From NCBI GenBank assembly GCA_001783065.1, contig MFQN01000004.1, positions 22,836 through 86,835 on the forward strand: a stretch of 64,000 bases of DNA, in the 5' to 3' direction. The notes below the pieces were generated by a model. It saw only the letters and a program-made list of their open reading frames with translations. It had not been told where the DNA came from and did no database searches. Each line of letters begins with the position of its first letter. Position 1 is the first letter of the stretch. Positions 60,849 through 64,000 of this stretch are shown here, in pieces. The translations under genes were made by a program, and so were the position numbers. Source of the DNA: Candidatus Magasanikbacteria bacterium RIFCSPLOWO2_12_FULL_43_12. Lineage in GTDB: Bacteria; Patescibacteriota; Patescibacteriia; Magasanikbacterales; UBA922.

Positions 60849-61182
60849 AGACGTTTTGTTTTATTGTTATAGGTTCATTGTTTCCTCGTAAGAGGATATC
60901 GTTGCAAAGATAAGCAGGAATTTTAAAGTACGTAAAAATAGCATCCTTTATAGAAGAAGAGATGTTTTGGGTGCTAGTACCACCAGTTATAATGCCATCA
61001 AAATTTGTCGATTCGGCAGTCCACGATCCGTCGGGATATTGTTCAATTTTAAATTCTACACTGCCAATTGTGTCAATTTCTTTTTTCATTTTAATTACCC
61101 GTTCATCATTTGTTTCATTAAAATTATATCCCATTTTTCTAGCCAAAGTTGATAAGTTGTACATGTATCTATTTAGACGCAT
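60841..61182 (-). CDS. HicB-like antitoxin (UPF0150-type)
   Basis: FKIEQYPDGSWTAESTNFDGIITGGTSTQNISSSIKDAIFTYF. Overlaps hicA by 8 nt. Confidence 0.45.
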   Translation of the reverse strand: MRLNRYMYNLSTLARKMGYNFNETNDERVIKMKKEIDTIGSVEFKIEQYPDGSWTAESTNFDGIITGGTSTQNISSSIKDAIFTYFKIPAYLCNDILLRGNNEPITIKQNVYA

Positions 61183-61300
61183 AAATTTCGTTTATATTAA
61201 GTTGTTTATATTATATCACAGAGTTTGGTAATTTTATATATTAATATCTTGTTTGTCAAGGTTGAGTCTTGTACACATCCATGATAGTGGTAGCTGGTTT

Positions 61301-61480
61301 TTAGCTCAACTTTCTTACCACCCCAGCGTCTGCGTCCACTTCTATTAAATCGCCGTCATGGAAAATTTTGGTGGCGATTTTTACGCCGATGACGCAGGGT
61401 TTTTTGAGTTCACGGGCAACAATCGCGGCATGGCAGAGGGTGCCGCCTTCGTCAGTAACAATTGCCGCGGCTTTTTTGAT
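61301..61480 (-). pseudogene. C-terminal remnant of a PEP-utilizing-enzyme mobile-domain gene
   Basis: The minus strand encodes [59 protein letters not shown] stop. This is about 50% identical to the C-terminus of the intact gene at 61639..63102. There is no start codon or N-terminal part. Confidence 0.6.
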
Positions 61481-61638
61481 TTCACATCAATTTGTTGATT
61501 TTTTTGTTTTTGTATAAGGATATTTTTTAGGTACCCAACAAGGATTATTAAAAAGTCAACAAACCAACTCAACAAACCAAATTACATTGTAAAAATTAAA
61601 GAAATGATGTATTCTAATAATGGTTTAATAAGACGGAT

Positions 61639-63102
61639 ATGAAAATTTTGAAATGGGTAAAATTAGTAGAGCGGGAGTCCGATTTTTGGAAAAATTACAT
61701 GATGATATCCTCAACAGGAGACATTAAGAAAGTTTTTGATTGCACAATCAAAGAGAGATTAACTACTCGTAGGGGAATGACCTTTATACACAGCATGAAT
61801 CCAAAGGCGGTTTGGAATTGTAGCTTACAAATTGAAGAGAAACTAGAGAGTAATCCAAAATTTACAGAAAAAATGAATCGGGTATTTATTGAATCACAAA
61901 AAAAATTATTAGATATTAATAAACAGCTGGAAAAAGTAAGTCTTAGTAAATTAACCAATGAAAAATTAGTCGGACTTTATAATCAATTTTGTGAAGCATA
62001 CAAGGGGCTGTATGCCGCTTTTCACCTGGCTGTTTATATAGATAGTATAGAAGACAAGGCAAAAGGTTGGTTATTAGATGAATTAAAAAAGATCGGGCAA
62101 AATAAAGATTTTGATAATTATTTTATAAAACTTTCGGCTTGGCCAGAGCCCAGTTTACTGCAAAAAGAAGAATTATCATTGCTTGGGATAGCGGTTAAGA
62201 TAAAAACAAAAAAAGGAAACACAGACCAGCTATTAGACAAACACACCGTTAAATTCGCTGGATTACCAGTCGTCAACGACGAAACTAAACCATGGGACAA
62301 AAAATATTTTCAAGCCCAATTGGGCAAACTGTTAACCAAACCCCAAGGCAAGCTTATGAAAGATTTGATGGAATCGCACTCGTATCGCAGCCAAATTAAA
62401 AAAAATCAATTGACTTTATTTAAAGAATTGAAGGTGCCCCAATTAATACAAAATTTTTTTCATCTTATTGGGTTATCGACATGGATTAGACTAGAATCAA
62501 GGAATACATTTGCGCTGTCGCATTATGCCTCAAGAAGTTTATTTAGAGAGATTGGTCGTAGAAATAATTTAACATCGGAGGATATAAAATGGTTAATCCC
62601 AAGCGAGACCAAGACCCTGATATTTACTGGCAGGCTTCCAAGCGCCAAAAAATTAAACGAAAGAAAATTCGCATCCGTTTTGTTGTTCCGTAACGGGAAG
62701 CACATAATTTTTGAAGGTAGAAAAGCGGACAAATTTATAAAAAAAGAAGTTGAGGAATTACCACCACTTTCAATACCCGATTTTATCAAAGGTGCAATTG
62801 CTTATACTGGTATTGCGCAAGGGGTAGTGAGACTGATTCTTTCCCAAAAAGATGTCGCAAAAATGCAACAGGGCGATATTTTGGTTGCGCGCATGACTAC
62901 CCCTGAAATTGTACCGGCGGCGCGGCTGGCGGCGGCAATTGTAACCGATGAGGGTGGCATAACGTGTCACGCAGCTATAATTTCCCGCGAATTAAAAATC
63001 CCCTGTGTTGTTGGTACAAAATTTGCTACTAAAATGTTAGAAGACAACGATATGATTATTGTTGACGCAAACAGAGGTATTGTTAAAAAATTAAAAATGT
63101 AA
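61639..63102 (+). CDS. PEP-utilizing enzyme mobile-domain protein (PEP synthase/PPDK-like C-terminus, novel N-terminal region)
   Basis: C-terminus [49 protein letters not shown]. Confidence 0.6.
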   Translation: MKILKWVKLVERESDFWKNYMMISSTGDIKKVFDCTIKERLTTRRGMTFIHSMNPKAVWNCSLQIEEKLESNPKFTEKMNRVFIESQKKLLDINKQLEKVSLSKLTNEKLVGLYNQFCEAYKGLYAAFHLAVYIDSIEDKAKGWLLDELKKIGQNKDFDNYFIKLSAWPEPSLLQKEELSLLGIAVKIKTKKGNTDQLLDKHTVKFAGLPVVNDETKPWDKKYFQAQLGKLLTKPQGKLMKDLMESHSYRSQIKKNQLTLFKELKVPQLIQNFFHLIGLSTWIRLESRNTFALSHYASRSLFREIGRRNNLTSEDIKWLIPSETKTLIFTGRLPSAKKLNERKFASVLLFRNGKHIIFEGRKADKFIKKEVEELPPLSIPDFIKGAIAYTGIAQGVVRLILSQKDVAKMQQGDILVARMTTPEIVPAARLAAAIVTDEGGITCHAAIISRELKIPCVVGTKFATKMLEDNDMIIVDANRGIVKKLKM

Positions 63103-63104
63103 AT

Positions 63105-64000
63105 ATGCCAAGATCATCACTTGATCGCGAGCGTCCAGATTTTAGCGAAAGAACAGGAGAACAAAGGATTGAAGTGTTTGAAGGGGTAGAGGGAACACGC
63201 AAGGCCATTGAAAGAATTATTGAAGCCGGTAAAGATTATCAACATTTTATTGGCTATCCCAATACAAAGTGGGAAAAAGAGAATACAGAATGGGCGCGGA
63301 AAAATATTGTTCCCAAAAAGGTTGCCGCAGGAATACGATCAACAGGCATTTATTATCCCACAGAAACCATCAAAAATATTTGGCAATCAACAAGTAACAA
63401 CGAATTTCGTGATGTAAGTCTGTTGTCGGAAAATTTTCAGTTGCCTCTAAGATTCTATATTTATGGGCACACTGTTTTGTTTATTGAAGAAGTTGGGAAC
63501 GACTTCCGTTCCTTAGAAGTAACAGATCCACGTATTGCCGGAGAAATGAAAGAAATTTTTGAACGGTTTTTGACAAGTGCAGATGCCACAAAAGAAAAAG
63601 AAGGAAACGGACGCGAGATTGATTTATATCTTATTCGTCACGGTGAAGCAGAGTCACAAGAGAAAACAGCCAAACTATCTTCAAAAGGAAAATTACAAGC
63701 CGAAGTAGCCACACTGCGTATTCTATCGGATATTTGGAGCCAAGGTGGTGGACTGCTTAAGTTTCAAAATAGCCCGACTCTTCGTGCGCAAGAAACCTGC
63801 GATATTATGCGTACAACATCACAAAGAATTGTAGAAAGTTCTGAGCACAGCCCGATAAAACTTTATGATTCTCGTCAATCTAAATTTTTAGAAGCAGCTG
63901 GAGTCATTGGTCCTTTAATGAAGATGGGGGTACCATATGAAGAAGCTGTTGAACACTGGTTAACCAATCCGGAGGTGGTTGAAGGGAAAACGCCGCGAAT
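63105..64000 (+). CDS. histidine-phosphatase (phosphoglycerate-mutase-like) domain protein, 3'-truncated by the window end
   Basis: ATG at 63105. ...IDLYLIRHGEAES... carries the RHGE catalytic motif at about residue 170. Open to position 64000. Confidence 0.5.
   Translation, partial: MPRSSLDRERPDFSERTGEQRIEVFEGVEGTRKAIERIIEAGKDYQHFIGYPNTKWEKENTEWARKNIVPKKVAAGIRSTGIYYPTETIKNIWQSTSNNEFRDVSLLSENFQLPLRFYIYGHTVLFIEEVGNDFRSLEVTDPRIAGEMKEIFERFLTSADATKEKEGNGREIDLYLIRHGEAESQEKTAKLSSKGKLQAEVATLRILSDIWSQGGGLLKFQNSPTLRAQETCDIMRTTSQRIVESSEHSPIKLYDSRQSKFLEAAGVIGPLMKMGVPYEEAVEHWLTNPEVVEGKTPR

Noticed and set aside
1-64000. rRNA genes.
   Set aside because: No 16S, 23S or 5S-like conserved stretches were seen.

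Overview
This 64 kb window has low GC (about 40-45%) and is gene dense. It looks like a small-genome Patescibacteria/CPR-type bacterium: many short proteins, four-helix-bundle (23S-IVS type) genes, GxxExxY and DUF559 genes, and several families of interspersed palindromic repeats. No rRNA or CRISPR is present.

The core genes include the replication-origin neighbourhood (dnaN and dnaA on the minus strand, facing rpmH-rnpA-yidD on the plus strand, with DnaA boxes between them). Other housekeeping genes are polA, a class A PBP, trigger factor, rpsT, holA, ychF, lspA, an H+-pyrophosphatase, rmuC, comM, galU and a XerC/D-type recombinase. There are six tRNAs: Arg-TCT, His-GTG with an encoded G-1, Cys-GCA, Arg-CCT, Ala-CGC and Ala-GGC.

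The outstanding feature is a roughly 12 kb minus-strand accessory locus (about 5.6-17.7 kb). It holds 12 divergent paralogs of a two-helix pilin-like membrane protein (signal peptide, TM1, a short acidic RGEEE-type loop, TM2). From the topology I infer these are VirB2/TrbC-like T4SS pilin candidates. They carry hypervariable, often Cys-rich, N- or C-terminal ectodomains. Three DUF559 endonuclease cassettes bracketed by repeats and two four-helix-bundle genes are interspersed. An ABC solute-binding protein, galU and three type-IV-pilin-like (prepilin N-terminal) genes follow. A DoxX-VKOR-DoxX disulfide-oxidoreductase operon elsewhere in the window fits a need to oxidise the Cys-rich ectodomains.

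Other notable items:
- at least eight interspersed repeat/MITE-like families, two of which sit in-frame inside holA and polA/ychF;
- a promoter- and terminator-bounded structured ncRNA candidate of about 390 nt at 46.3-46.7 kb;
- three GC-rich compositional islands, one abutting the 3' end of tRNA-Cys;
- four type II toxin-antitoxin pairs, one (ParDE) bracketed by a 30 bp direct duplication of the 5' end of the neighbouring peptidase gene;
- an inverted C-terminal remnant of a PEP-utilizing-enzyme gene.
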